Assembly: GCA_047947115.1 (NCBI GenBank)
Contig: CP170459.1
Location: 2,720,001-2,784,000 of the forward strand
Reading direction: 5' to 3'
DNA length: 64,000 nt
Source of the DNA: Verrucomicrobiota bacterium
GTDB lineage: Bacteria > Verrucomicrobiota > Verrucomicrobiia > Limisphaerales > AAA164-E04
The notes under the pieces are model-generated. The model was not told the DNA's origin and searched no databases. It saw only the letters and a list, made by a program, of their open reading frames with translations. This document shows, in pieces, positions 37,101 to 46,929 of this stretch (the first letter of the stretch is position 1; each line of letters begins with the position of its first letter). The translations under genes and the position numbers were made by a program.

Positions 37101-38868
37101 CCGCGCCGTCGTTGTTGTTGACCTCGCTGTTGGTTCCCCAATTGTCCGGCCAACCATCTGGACGTGCGGGTTGACGGGCGACATCTTCCACGAAGATGTA
37201 GGTGTGGGTGTCGACGTTGGTTGAAAGCCAGCCGTCGCGATAGGCCATGGCGCGCAGGGTGGTGGTCGTATTGATGGGGATGGGGCCAAGGTAAAGTAAA
37301 CCGTTGGTCGGCGAGGGTTCGCTTCCGTCCATGGTATAACGAATCTTCGCCTGATCGGATTCAGTGGTGATGGAGAGGTTGAAAGGGGTGTCGTAAAACC
37401 CTCGATCCACTGAGAAGCGGGTGTCACCAACCACACCTTCCAGCCCGTTGTCGTTGGCCCGCCCTGGGCTTGGGCGTGTGAAGTAGGCCCATTGTCCCGA
37501 GAGATCGTACCCGTATGAGACATCCTCGAGTTGGTGTGGGTATCCGGGATCCAGGACGAATTCGAATGTCCTTCCATCCGGCCTCACCAAGGCCAGGAAT
37601 TCGCCGGCCGCATTCAGGTTGAAGTTGAAGTGGTAATGCCCCCCCGCGTCGCGGTAGTCGGAAGACGTGATGCCGTCCACTTCCGGTGCTCCTCCATATA
37701 AAACCACGAAACCTCCCGCAGGAATGCGAATGTCCGGGAAAGTCCATTGAGTCAGGTTATCAGGATCGTCCGTGAGATGGTACCCGCGGAGATCGATCGT
37801 TTCTGAAAGTGGATTGTAGAGTTCGATCCAGTCGACCGCGTTTCCGTCACCATCAAAATGGGCGGAACGATCGGAGGCCATGAATTCATTGATGCGCACG
37901 GGTTCGACGAATTCTTCTCCATTTCGAACTTCGATTTGAAGAATGGCTTCGAAGGTTTTTCCACTTTCGGAAGTGGACCGAATGCGCAGCGACAACACGG
38001 TGCCCTGCGGAACAGCGATGAAGCTTTTGCGTGTGACCAGTCGGTCCTGACGGATTTCAAATGACGCATTATGATCATCACCCTTGCCGGAGACCAATGC
38101 ATAAGAAAATTCCGATGCGTTGTTCATGCCCAGAGTACTCAGCGTTCCGATTTCACTGCCGACAACATTCGAACGGTAGGCGATGCGCTGGGGTAGATCG
38201 ATGCCTGTTGGCCCATCGGGAACATCGGTAGGGTCACCCATTTCCATGCCGTTCATCAATACATTGAAATAAGGTCCCGGAGGATTGCCGCTTCTTGCCT
38301 CAATGATGGCCTCGCCTTCCGAATCGGCGGTGATTGAGAAGCGGACTCGATGGTCTTGCAAGGTTTGAGGCTCAGGGTCGTTGCCATTGAAAACAAAGGG
38401 AGTGCCGTTCCAGGTCGATCGCCTTTCATCGCGACTGGACGTGTCGTATCCCCATACCGTAACGGGGTAGGTGGCGAAGGGGATCAAACCGCTGATGAGG
38501 AGATCGAGTCCTTCGGCGGCTCCCAAGCTGCGTGGCACGTAAACAAAATCGCGCCACATGGCCGCTTCGTCTCCGCCGCCATTGATGGTGCGGCGGTCGC
38601 GGGTGTCGAGTGGTTCATTGCCGGCAGGAACCATCTCGAGCGTTATCCCGTTGAAAAAGACCTTGGACCAGGGGATGCCCAGTTCGGTGTCTTCTGCGCT
38701 GATGGACTGCCAACCGGATTGAGTCTCGGTCGCGTGATTGATATCAACAAGCAGCGTGGATGCATGACAAACTCCAGGCCATGGTAAAAGGTAGGCCAGG
38801 AGCGCGGTCAGGCAGGGGAACCAAGGTTTCCAATTGACTGGATTCAATTTGTTTGAGGCTTTATCCAC
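34111..38868 (-). CDS. CotH kinase-family protein with lamin-tail, cadherin-like and FN3-associated domains
   Basis: INEFMA...DWIELYN and ISEIMYHP...EFIEL (lamin-tail), YTMDGSEP, HLYVNGLYFG...ER, DWPHHN and WDQE (CotH). Confidence 0.9.
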   Translation of the reverse strand: MDKASNKLNPVNWKPWFPCLTALLAYLLPWPGVCHASTLLVDINHATETQSGWQSISAEDTELGIPWSKVFFNGITLEMVPAGNEPLDTRDRRTINGGGDEAAMWRDFVYVPRSLGAAEGLDLLISGLIPFATYPVTVWGYDTSSRDERRSTWNGTPFVFNGNDPEPQTLQDHRVRFSITADSEGEAIIEARSGNPPGPYFNVLMNGMEMGDPTDVPDGPTGIDLPQRIAYRSNVVGSEIGTLSTLGMNNASEFSYALVSGKGDDHNASFEIRQDRLVTRKSFIAVPQGTVLSLRIRSTSESGKTFEAILQIEVRNGEEFVEPVRINEFMASDRSAHFDGDGNAVDWIELYNPLSETIDLRGYHLTDDPDNLTQWTFPDIRIPAGGFVVLYGGAPEVDGITSSDYRDAGGHYHFNFNLNAAGEFLALVRPDGRTFEFVLDPGYPHQLEDVSYGYDLSGQWAYFTRPSPGRANDNGLEGVVGDTRFSVDRGFYDTPFNLSITTESDQAKIRYTMDGSEPSPTNGLLYLGPIPINTTTTLRAMAYRDGWLSTNVDTHTYIFVEDVARQPARPDGWPDNWGTNSEVNNNDGAGSGIVPADYEMDPRVVENTLPGYGIRDALLDIPSVSIVMDQDEFIEPGRGIYAIPQSRIERACSMEYILPDGSKGFQENCKIEVHGNSSRRPWRMQKHSLRVTFTSEQGASKLQYPLFPDSPVERFNQLVLRACFTDSWGLVSWGSSRYRPNDSQYLRDIWMKESMRALGQPSSYGNFVHLYVNGLYFGLHNLTERLGDDFYASHLGGEPEDWEINEDFGSPGTRWNQMSRIDASTPEGYAEIQEYLDVENISDYFLLHFYADAEDWPHHNGYAAANPLSGDGRFRFFVWDQEIALDKFSWNPYFKADGAGGVFQKLKQSTAFKNLFADRVQKHLFNDGALSLNQSRQRYLNLANQIDKAIVAESARWGDTQASTPYGNSVQQPSPRTNVDHDHYPPAPHAPDIYFTREDSWLVERDNILDHYLPTLHDPSSQFAIVNELRSAGLFPGIDAPTISPAGGHLTINNPIQINAPEGIIYYTIDGTDPRQEAKLIQTILLNDGAPVSALIPLDDSLGEDWIQRSFRETAAWKTGRTGVGYETTPSDYKGFIGLDVGEMRNQNGSVYIRVPFELDDPATLRSMTSLQLQMRYDDGFIAYLNGVRVAQENAPFGTPGWNSLALTSHADNEATTFISFDITSHMDLLVAGTNILAIHGLNTSLTSSDLLITPRIVASRLDASSMNTSAQIYDSSLVLTESAQLKTRAFHQGEWSALVETSFRLEAPATSDHLIISEIMYHPSLSEALEFIELLNLSGQPLSLTGVRFTAGIDFDFADDAIMESYSSLVLVRNAEQFALAYPDIPFAGVFQNDSALANNGETITLKDADGIVIQSFRYNDKAPWPESADGDGFSLVLKNTHGDMDPQDPASWQASSTKGGTPGATNTSIDADQDGLAAMVERYLGTSDQNPNDAREAIQFSIEPDETMQPPGDYLTIRFTHDPLVTDIRAVVEVSPDLITWNSDPGRIVHTGTLRGIQRETLIYRSTRPVESQKQEFVRIRFE

Positions 38869-38892
38869 GCTTTTTGACAGCGGTTTTCATGC

Positions 38893-39171
38893 CTATTTGT
38901 AGGCAATCGCAGCGCTGGCAGGTCCGGCGAGATGTAAGACATCAAAACGACGGAAACCGGCTTCCTGACACCAACCTCGAAAATCAGCTCCGGTGTAGTC
39001 AAACCCGCCACCCGTCTCGATCAGCATGTTGAGAGACATGAGCAGACCGAACACATTTTCGCGGCGTGCATCTTCGATCAAGGACTCGATGGCGATGAGT
39101 AAAGTTTTTGCGTTCCAGAAGGCAAATGCCGACTGCATGATGGGTTCGTGAGTTGCTTCCGTATTTGGCAT
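38893..39171 (-). pseudogene. Internally deleted SAM-dependent O-methyltransferase remnant
   Basis: Family-like N-terminus ([15 protein letters not shown]) fused directly to the family C-terminus ([27 protein letters not shown]...AIAYK); no GxG SAM-binding motif. Confidence 0.75.
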
Positions 39172-39262
39172 GGCGGCACATTAATTTACTGCTTTGCCTA
39201 AATCAAACCCGGATGCAAAAGCGTCCAAGGATGGAGCTGCCCCCCCAGGGGCGGGGGGAGTG

Positions 39263-40903
39263 TCAGGGTTTCCATTGGCTGCCGTTACGGAAGATGGTTG
39301 TTTTGGTGATGCTTTTCGGCGGGTCAAAGGTCAGGGGGCTTCTTCCTGCCGCCCACGTGCAGCCTCGCTGGATGAGGTTGGCGGCGTGATGGATTGAGTC
39401 GGAGGAGTGGCCCAGGAGGGTTTGAAAGACACGCCCGTCTCCTACTTCATACGCCCAGGCCATGGGTTCGTCCTTGCCCGTTACTTTGGAGTGGGCGGTC
39501 GCCAATGGGTGGATGGGAGCATCGCCTGCTTGCCGAAAGTAGAGTTCGTCGATCGTTTCAAATTTGTAAAAATTGTTCGTGATGGGGTGTTTGGAGGAGG
39601 TGATTTCCACAGTGAATTCACCATAAGGATCGTGCCCACTGTCGGCTTTGTGGTCCCAGACGCGACGCACAAGTTCACGGTATCCAGGCCAGTCCGAGGA
39701 CTCAGCGCCGGGAAGGGAGTGGTGAAAGGCTCCGTTGCCGAAATGAATGACCGCAAAGCCACCACCTTTGCGAACGTAGTCATCCAGTCGCTTTCTTGCC
39801 TTTTCGTTCCAGCCCGGGCTTTCCCAGTTGCAGTAGTTCATGACCAGCACGTCGTAGTCGGATGGATCGTTCTCCGTGAGCCATTGTTCCGGGCTTTCGG
39901 TCACGTGCGCAATGTTGCGGGGGTCGAGTTCGATGGCGTGTATCAGTGCGGCAGTGGTTTCTTTCCATGGATGTGCCGGGTGGTTGTCGCCGGTCAGGAT
40001 CATGACCTTGAATCGATCTTCAAGCTTGCTTTCGATGCCTTCTTGGGGGGGCTCGTTTCCAGCGGTCCAGGTCACCGCGTTCAGCAGCATTTTGCGGAAA
40101 TCGGATATCCACCAACTGTCATGGAAATGCCCTCCTGTGAAACCGAACCCTCGAGAGCCGTTGTCCCTTTCGATCGCCCAGGCGACGGTGTCTGCTGGAT
40201 CGTCTCCGGGTGGCTCTACTTTCAGGATCGATTGGAGCCTGGGGTCCGCCTCACGGAATTTGACGTTGTAGTAATACTCATCTTTCAGTTTGAAAGGAGC
40301 GACGCCATTGAGCACGGGGTGCCCGGGGGAGGCAAGTTGCACAGTGTCTTCCCAGGTTTGAATCTTTGAAAACCATTTGTTTGCTCCCGGACCGGTTTCG
40401 TAATCGAAGTATCCACCCACCCATTCGGTGATCTCGTCATGGTGTCTGGCCGGGTGGAATGTGGACCAGTGCAGGAGCATGAGTCCGCAACCCCGATCCA
40501 TCTGCTTTTTCAATACCTGAAACCGGTCCTCTCGGTAGAATGGGTGCATGGTTTCATCATGATCACTGCCGTCCGATACCAGTAGAATCAGGTCGGCAAG
40601 TTCCAGAATGGCAGGGTTGGTGGGCCAGCCTTGGTAGTGGGCGGAAATGTTCATGACCGGGGCGTTTGGGGATGTTTCCAGGCAGTGCTTGATCAACGTC
40701 ACCGCCTTTTCGTATTCATGGGCATCCTTGGGGTGGCCCGTGATTGGACCGGCGATCAGGACCACTTGCCTGGGGTATTCTTTGGGGTTTGTAAGCTGTG
40801 CGTTAACGGATGGAACGCTGAGCATCAGGGTGAGAAAAAACCATTTCAGGTAAACGGCCTGTGAACGGAGCAGTCGGGAGCCATGGTGACAAAGTGAATG
40901 CAT
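39263..40903 (-). CDS. Secreted protein with two ThuA-like domains
   Basis: AHEY, DEYY, GFTGGH in domain 1; NHPAHPW, GHDPY, DELY, RVFQTLLGH in domain 2. Confidence 0.88.
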   Translation of the reverse strand: MHSLCHHGSRLLRSQAVYLKWFFLTLMLSVPSVNAQLTNPKEYPRQVVLIAGPITGHPKDAHEYEKAVTLIKHCLETSPNAPVMNISAHYQGWPTNPAILELADLILLVSDGSDHDETMHPFYREDRFQVLKKQMDRGCGLMLLHWSTFHPARHHDEITEWVGGYFDYETGPGANKWFSKIQTWEDTVQLASPGHPVLNGVAPFKLKDEYYYNVKFREADPRLQSILKVEPPGDDPADTVAWAIERDNGSRGFGFTGGHFHDSWWISDFRKMLLNAVTWTAGNEPPQEGIESKLEDRFKVMILTGDNHPAHPWKETTAALIHAIELDPRNIAHVTESPEQWLTENDPSDYDVLVMNYCNWESPGWNEKARKRLDDYVRKGGGFAVIHFGNGAFHHSLPGAESSDWPGYRELVRRVWDHKADSGHDPYGEFTVEITSSKHPITNNFYKFETIDELYFRQAGDAPIHPLATAHSKVTGKDEPMAWAYEVGDGRVFQTLLGHSSDSIHHAANLIQRGCTWAAGRSPLTFDPPKSITKTTIFRNGSQWKP

Positions 40904-41157
40904 GGATAAATTTTTGGCGAAAAGTGTGGCGAATTGCCAGATGTTTGTTATTGCTTGTGCGTTCCGCCGATCCTGGTTCGTTGTTTCTGTGATCTTGACA
41001 GCGGGGCACAGGTTGTCGTTTGCTTCGGTTTCCTGTTCTTGTTGTATCCTTTTCCTGACGTATCTGTTGAGCCTGTAGGGAATGCTGTTTCGATGGCATT
41101 GCCGCGGTTTTTGTATGCCCCTTTGGGGAGATTTTAACTTTTGATTTTTAAAGCGCT

Positions 41158-42978
41158 ATGGCAGCAACCAAACATAATTACGACGAAAGCAAGATCAAGA
41201 CGCTGTCTTCTCTGGAGCACATCCGGTTGCGCACCGGCATGTATATCGGCCGCATCGGTGACGGCAGTCATTACGATGACGGCGCCTACATTTTGCTCAA
41301 AGAGGTCATCGACAATGCCATCGACGAATATATCATGGGCTTCGGCAAGGAAGTCCACATTGACATTCAGGACAAGAAGGTCAGTGTCCGCGACTTTGGG
41401 CGTGGGATTCCGTTGGGCAAGATCGTTGACTGCGTCTCCACCATCAACACAGGAGCCAAATACAACGACGAAGTCTTCCAGTTCAGCGTTGGCTTGAATG
41501 GTGTGGGAACCAAAGCTGTCAATGCCCTTTCGCAATCCTTTCTCGTCAAATCACATCGAGATGGCAAATATGCCGAAGCTTCCTTTTCCAGAGGGGGTCT
41601 GATTGACCAGAAAAAAGGGCAATGCAAGGATGAACCGAACGGCACGTTTGTTGAATTCGTTCCGGATGCGACAATTTTCAAAAAACTCCAGCTTCGTCCC
41701 GAACTGATCGAACGGCGTCTCAAGCATTACAGTTACCTGAACTCAGGGCTGAAGCTGATCTGCAACGGTGAAACATTTTATTCGCGGCACGGGCTGTTGG
41801 ATCTGATCAGGGAAGATGTGGATGACGAAGCCATTTATCCTCCACTTTATTATAGTTCCAAAACCCTTGAGTTTTGCTTTACCCACAGTACCGGTCGTTC
41901 CGGGGAGACTTTCTTTTCCTTTGTCAACGGTCAGTACACCTCCGACGGTGGCACCCACTTGAGCGCCTTTCGTGAAGGATTGTTGAAGGCGGTCAATGAA
42001 TACGCCAAAGGCAAGTATGACGGAGATGATGTGCGAGAGTGCATGGTGGGCGCGGTGGCGATCCGGCTGCAGGATCCGATGTTCGAATCCCAGACCAAGA
42101 ACAAGTTGGGAAACACCGAAATCAGGTCCGAATTGGTGGCACAAGTGCGTGAGCAGGTGCTGCACCTTTTGCACAAAGAAAAGGACACGGCCGACAAGTT
42201 GATGGCCAAGGTGGAGGACACCCGCAAGTTGCGCAAGGAGTTGATGGCAGTCAAAAAACTGGCCCGTGAACGCGCCAAAGCGGTGAGCCTTCGCATTCCC
42301 CAGCTCAAGGATTGCAAGAAACATCTCAACAAGAAAAAGGAAAAAGGCTACGACACCATGCTGTTCATCACCGAGGGTGTCTCCGCTGCCGGTTCGATCG
42401 TGAGCTGTCGAGATGTCAATTCGCAGGCGATCTTCACCCTGAAAGGCAAGCCGCTCAATGTCTGGGATCTCAAACGCGACGTCGTTTACAAGAACGATGA
42501 GATGTACAACCTGATGTGTTGTCTGGGGATTGAGAATTCGTTGGATGAATTGCGTTACGACAAAGTGATTCTGGCCACGGATGCGGATGTGGACGGATTG
42601 CACATCCGCAACCTGATGATCACTTACTTCTTCAAGTTCTTCGAGCAACTCATTTACGAAGGCCATTTGTATGTCTTGGAAACGCCCTTGTTCCGGGTTC
42701 GAAACAAGAAGAAGACCATTTATTGCTATTCGGAATCCGAGCGGGACAAAGCGGTGAAGGAACTGTCGCGAGGCGTGGAGATCACCCGATTCAAAGGTCT
42801 AGGGGAAATTTCTCCGCATGAGTTCAAACACTTCATCGGCGATGACATGCGATTGAACCAGGTGGAGTATGCCTCACACAGCGATGCCAGTCACATTCTT
42901 TCCTTTTATATGGGGCGCAACACGCCGCAACGCCGGGATTACATCATGGATAACCTTGTGGTTCCTGTTGAGGATTAA
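41158..42978 (+). CDS. parE: DNA topoisomerase IV subunit B
   Basis: EHIRLRTGMYIG, EVIDNAIDE, GLNGVG, FESQTK, TDADVDG and RFKGLGE motifs; 606 aa. Confidence 0.93.
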   Translation: MAATKHNYDESKIKTLSSLEHIRLRTGMYIGRIGDGSHYDDGAYILLKEVIDNAIDEYIMGFGKEVHIDIQDKKVSVRDFGRGIPLGKIVDCVSTINTGAKYNDEVFQFSVGLNGVGTKAVNALSQSFLVKSHRDGKYAEASFSRGGLIDQKKGQCKDEPNGTFVEFVPDATIFKKLQLRPELIERRLKHYSYLNSGLKLICNGETFYSRHGLLDLIREDVDDEAIYPPLYYSSKTLEFCFTHSTGRSGETFFSFVNGQYTSDGGTHLSAFREGLLKAVNEYAKGKYDGDDVRECMVGAVAIRLQDPMFESQTKNKLGNTEIRSELVAQVREQVLHLLHKEKDTADKLMAKVEDTRKLRKELMAVKKLARERAKAVSLRIPQLKDCKKHLNKKKEKGYDTMLFITEGVSAAGSIVSCRDVNSQAIFTLKGKPLNVWDLKRDVVYKNDEMYNLMCCLGIENSLDELRYDKVILATDADVDGLHIRNLMITYFFKFFEQLIYEGHLYVLETPLFRVRNKKKTIYCYSESERDKAVKELSRGVEITRFKGLGEISPHEFKHFIGDDMRLNQVEYASHSDASHILSFYMGRNTPQRRDYIMDNLVVPVED

Positions 42979-43002
42979 AAGCATTTAAAATTTTCAGAGA
43001 CC

Positions 43003-45129
43003 ATGCCCAGGAAGAAGAAAAGCAAAGGCTCGGATGACCAGGAACTTCCCATCGACGCCAACTATGATTTCGGCGAAGAGGAAGAAACAACGGAAGCCAC
43101 CGAAGAACCACAGGAAACCGCCGAAGTGGCCGAAGATGATGCGACCAGTCAAGACGCCGCACCTGAAGACGAAGCCGAGGTGAAGAAGGAGCGGAGCCGC
43201 CTCCACAAGCGGATGGATACGAATTTCCTTGAGTATGCCTCCTACGTGATCCGTGACCGCGCCATCCCTAATCTGGTGGACGGACTCAAGCCCGTGCAAC
43301 GCCGCATCATGTGGTCCTTGCATCAGAATGATGACGGCAAGTTCATCAAAGTAGCCAACATCGTTGGTCACTGTATGCAGTATCATCCGCATGGCGATGC
43401 GTCGATTGGTGATGCGTTGGTGGTGTTGACCAACAAGCAGTATTTGATCGAGGGGCAGGGGAATTTCGGAAATGTGTTCACTGGAGATCCCGCCGCGGCA
43501 TCCCGATATATCGAGTGTCGGTTGACGGAACTCGCTCGGACACAGCTTTTCAATGATGAATTGACCGAGTTTGTTCCCAGTTACGACGGTCGAAACAAGG
43601 AGCCGGTCTGTTTGCCAAGCAAGTTGCCTTTGTTATTGATGTTGGGTGCTGAAGGAATTGCAGTGGGATTGTCCGCCAAAATTTTATCCCACAACTTTTG
43701 CGAATTGCTTGAAGCGCAGATAGCAATTTTACGCAAGCAGTCCTTTGAGGTGCTGCCGGACTTTATCGCCGGTGGTCTGATGGATGCCTCCAATTATGAT
43801 GACGGCCGAGGAAGCATCCGTATCCGGGCCAAGATCGAGGTGAAGGATCAGTCCACCTTGCACATCACCGAGATCCCTCCTGCGACCACGACAGAATCCT
43901 TGATGGCCTCCATCGAAGATGCCGCGCGCAAGGGCAAGCTGAAGGTACGGAGCATCAATGATTTCACCTCTGAACGAATCGAAATCGAAATCAAATCCCC
44001 CCCGGGAGTGCCTGCTGAAAAGCTGGTCCCGGCCCTTTATGCGTTCACCGGATGTGAGACCAGTATTTCCAGCCGCCTGATCGTGATCCGGGATAATCGC
44101 CCGGTGGAAATGTCCGTGAGTGAGGTGCTGAAGGCGAACACCGAGCAATTGGTTGCCTTGCTTCAGCGTGAACTGGAGTTGAAAGAAAACAAGTTGCTGG
44201 AAGACCTCTTCTTCAAGACGCTGGTTCGCATCTTTATCGAGAACCGAATTTACAAGAAGATCGAAACTTGTAAGACGAATGAAGCGATCTACCAGGCGAT
44301 CTACAAAGGATTTGAACCCTTCCGCGACGAGTATTATCGCGATCTGCAGGACAGTGACATTGAAATGTTGCTCGGTGTGCGCATTCGCCGTATTTCGCTT
44401 TTCGACATCAACCGGCATAAGGAGGATATCGAAAAGGTCCAGGCCGAACTGGATCAGACCCGCAAGTATTTGAAATCGATCGTTCGATACACAATTTCCC
44501 ACATCAATGGCTTGTTGAAGCAATACGGCGATCTTTATCCCCGCCGGACGAAGATTGCGGAATTTGAAGCTGTCACAGCCAAGGAAGCGGCCTTTAAGTC
44601 GCTGAAGTTTTCTTACGACCGGGACAAAGGGTATTTGGGGCATAAAATCTCCGGAGAGGAGTTCCAAATGGCTTGTTCGAAATACGACAAGGTGTTGATT
44701 GTGTTCAAAGACGGTCTCTACAAAGTGATCGAAATTCCAGACAAACTCTTTGTGGATAAGGATGTTCTTTTCTGTGGAAAGCCGGATCGAGATCAGGTCG
44801 TCACGATGGCGTATCAACACAAGAAGGTGACTTATCTGAAGCGGTTTACCTTTGGAGGAACCATTTTGAACAAGGAATACCGCTTGGCGCCGGAGAAATC
44901 CAGGGTGTTGTTCTTCGAGGAGGGGACGCCGGATGAACTGTATATCAAATACAAACCGGCTCCTCGCCAGAAAGTGACTCAACAAATCGCCAAACCGGGT
45001 GAGCTGGCTGTGAAAGCTGCAAAGGCCAAGGGCAACCAGATATCGATCAAGGAGGTCCATTCTATTCGGACGAAACCCCCTCGCAACTGGGAACCCGATG
45101 CGGCCACGACCGAACTGAAGTTTTCCTGA
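43003..45129 (+). CDS. parC: DNA topoisomerase IV subunit A
   Basis: RAIP..DGLKPVQRR, YHPHGD and AASRYIE (catalytic Tyr); short C-terminal domain with no GyrA-box seen. Confidence 0.92.
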   Translation: MPRKKKSKGSDDQELPIDANYDFGEEEETTEATEEPQETAEVAEDDATSQDAAPEDEAEVKKERSRLHKRMDTNFLEYASYVIRDRAIPNLVDGLKPVQRRIMWSLHQNDDGKFIKVANIVGHCMQYHPHGDASIGDALVVLTNKQYLIEGQGNFGNVFTGDPAAASRYIECRLTELARTQLFNDELTEFVPSYDGRNKEPVCLPSKLPLLLMLGAEGIAVGLSAKILSHNFCELLEAQIAILRKQSFEVLPDFIAGGLMDASNYDDGRGSIRIRAKIEVKDQSTLHITEIPPATTTESLMASIEDAARKGKLKVRSINDFTSERIEIEIKSPPGVPAEKLVPALYAFTGCETSISSRLIVIRDNRPVEMSVSEVLKANTEQLVALLQRELELKENKLLEDLFFKTLVRIFIENRIYKKIETCKTNEAIYQAIYKGFEPFRDEYYRDLQDSDIEMLLGVRIRRISLFDINRHKEDIEKVQAELDQTRKYLKSIVRYTISHINGLLKQYGDLYPRRTKIAEFEAVTAKEAAFKSLKFSYDRDKGYLGHKISGEEFQMACSKYDKVLIVFKDGLYKVIEIPDKLFVDKDVLFCGKPDRDQVVTMAYQHKKVTYLKRFTFGGTILNKEYRLAPEKSRVLFFEEGTPDELYIKYKPAPRQKVTQQIAKPGELAVKAAKAKGNQISIKEVHSIRTKPPRNWEPDAATTELKFS

Positions 45130-45446
45130 AGCAACTTTGAACTTCCAGGATGTGGCGACTTGATTCTGGTTTGGATGCGTCAGAGAAACGCTTTGGTTAG
45201 CGGGGATCCAGGGATGCTTATCTGCCCAAAAGGCAACCGCACCAACCAGCGGGATCCGTTTTTTAGCGATTGTGCTTGTCTGGGAGTGGCGGGCTGTATT
45301 CAAAACGATGCTTCGCACCGCTCTCGACAGGCTCCACATTTGTACTCGAAACACGTTCCTTTATTTTTCACAATCCCCTCATGTTTTCCCCGTTGAACAT
45401 GAATCCAGCCCGGGTGTCGCGTTATTCAGCAAAGCGGCACGTTCAC

Positions 45447-46835
45447 ATGAGTATTCGCATTTTTTTGGCAGTAATCGCCAGCATTTTTGTTGGTAGCGCG
45501 ATCCAGATGAAAGGAGCCAGCAAGCCCAATATCGTCATGATCTTTGTGGATGATCTGGGCTATGGCGATCTGGGGGTCTATGGGAATCCAACCATTCGTA
45601 CCCCTCATCTGGATCGCATGGCGCAGGAGGGGATGCGGTTCACCGATTTTTATTCGGCTGCCTCGGTCTGTACTCCAAGTCGAGCGGGATTGCTGACCGG
45701 TCGTTATCCCGTTCGAAGTGGCATGTGCAGTGATCGGCGCCGGGTGCTGTTTCCGAATTCGAAAGGCGGTTTGCCGGCCTCGGAATGGACGATGGCCGAG
45801 GCTCTCAAGGGACAGGGTTATGCAACAGCTGCTGTGGGCAAGTGGCATTTGGGCCATTTGACACAGTTTCTACCGACCAGCCATGGATTCGATTCGTATT
45901 TCGGCATTCCTTATTCAAACGACATGGACCTGTTGCCTGGATCTCCCGGCGGAGCCGCCAGAAGTCTGGAGCCCGAGGTGGAATGGTGGAATGTTCCATT
46001 GATGCGAGATGAAAAGGTGGTTGAACGTCCTGCGGACCAGACCACCATCACACGTCGTTACACACAGGAGGCGGTGACATTCATCAAATCGAATCAGGAA
46101 AAACCATTTTTCCTCTACCTGGCGCATTCTTTGCCTCACGTTCCCTTGTTTCGCTCTCCGCAATTTGAAAACAAAAGTCTTCGGGGACTGTTCGGTGATG
46201 TCGTGGAAGAAGTGGACTGGAGTGTAGGGCAAGTGTTGAACACCCTGCGTGAAACGGGGCTTGATCAACATACACTGGTGTTCTTCACCAGTGACAACGG
46301 ACCATGGCTGACGCAGGGGCCCGCAGGAGGCACTGCTGGACTGTTGCATGAAGGAAAAGGCAGCACCTGGGAAGGGGGGATGCGCGAACCGGCCATTGCC
46401 TGGTGGCCCGGAAAAATTAAGGCAGGTGGGATCACCAGTGAATTGGCTTCCACACTCGACCTTTTTCCTACTTTCGCCCGGCTGTCCGGTATTCCTGAAT
46501 CGGAAATCACTCAAAAGGATGGCTATGATCTGGCTTCGGTGTTGTTTGAGAATGGGCGTTCAGCCAGGCCTCACTTTGCCTTTTATCGTGGCACCCGTAT
46601 CTTTGCCTTGCGTATGGGGGCGTATAAAGCTCATTACCTGACCAAGTCAGCCTATGGTAGAGATCCGGTGGTGGAACATGAAAATCCGTTGATTTTCAAT
46701 CTGTTGCATGATCCATCCGAGCGCTTTGATATTGCCGGACAACGGCCAGAATTGGTGAAGGCATTTGAAAACCTCAGGACCCATTATTTGAATGAAGTGG
46801 AAGTGGTTCCTTCTCAATTGGAAATAGTGGATTAA
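45447..46835 (+). CDS. Arylsulfatase (formylglycine-dependent, S1 family)
   Basis: KPNIVMIFVDDLG, CTPSRAGLLTGR, GKWHLG, SDNG and EGGMREP motifs. Start set at the ATG before the signal peptide. Confidence 0.95.
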   Translation: MSIRIFLAVIASIFVGSAIQMKGASKPNIVMIFVDDLGYGDLGVYGNPTIRTPHLDRMAQEGMRFTDFYSAASVCTPSRAGLLTGRYPVRSGMCSDRRRVLFPNSKGGLPASEWTMAEALKGQGYATAAVGKWHLGHLTQFLPTSHGFDSYFGIPYSNDMDLLPGSPGGAARSLEPEVEWWNVPLMRDEKVVERPADQTTITRRYTQEAVTFIKSNQEKPFFLYLAHSLPHVPLFRSPQFENKSLRGLFGDVVEEVDWSVGQVLNTLRETGLDQHTLVFFTSDNGPWLTQGPAGGTAGLLHEGKGSTWEGGMREPAIAWWPGKIKAGGITSELASTLDLFPTFARLSGIPESEITQKDGYDLASVLFENGRSARPHFAFYRGTRIFALRMGAYKAHYLTKSAYGRDPVVEHENPLIFNLLHDPSERFDIAGQRPELVKAFENLRTHYLNEVEVVPSQLEIVD

Positions 46836-46886
46836 CCGAGTGAGGAGAGAGGGATTGGCTTGGTTCGGTGAAGCATGATGAGGGAA

Positions 46887-46929
46887 GTTCCGAACCGCCC
46901 CCTGAAATGAAAATGGGGCGGTTCGGAAC
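46887..46929. repeat. Perfect 15-bp inverted repeat (REP-like element or terminator)
   Basis: GTTCCGAACCGCCCC-N13-GGGGCGGTTCGGAAC. Confidence 0.7.

Noticed and set aside
39237..39262. Frameshifted continuation of the ThuA gene through C/G homopolymers
   Set aside because: The tracts lie after the stop codon and form a GC hairpin; no convincing coding continuation follows.
39407..40369. 320-aa ORF opposite the ThuA gene
   Set aside because: Antisense shadow with no motifs.
41743..42666. 307-aa antisense ORF
   Set aside because: Shadow of parE.
41158..45129. gyrB/gyrA assignment
   Set aside because: The short subunits and absence of a GyrA-box favour topoisomerase IV.
43729..45354. 541-aa antisense ORF
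   Set aside because: Shadow of parC with no recognisable motifs.
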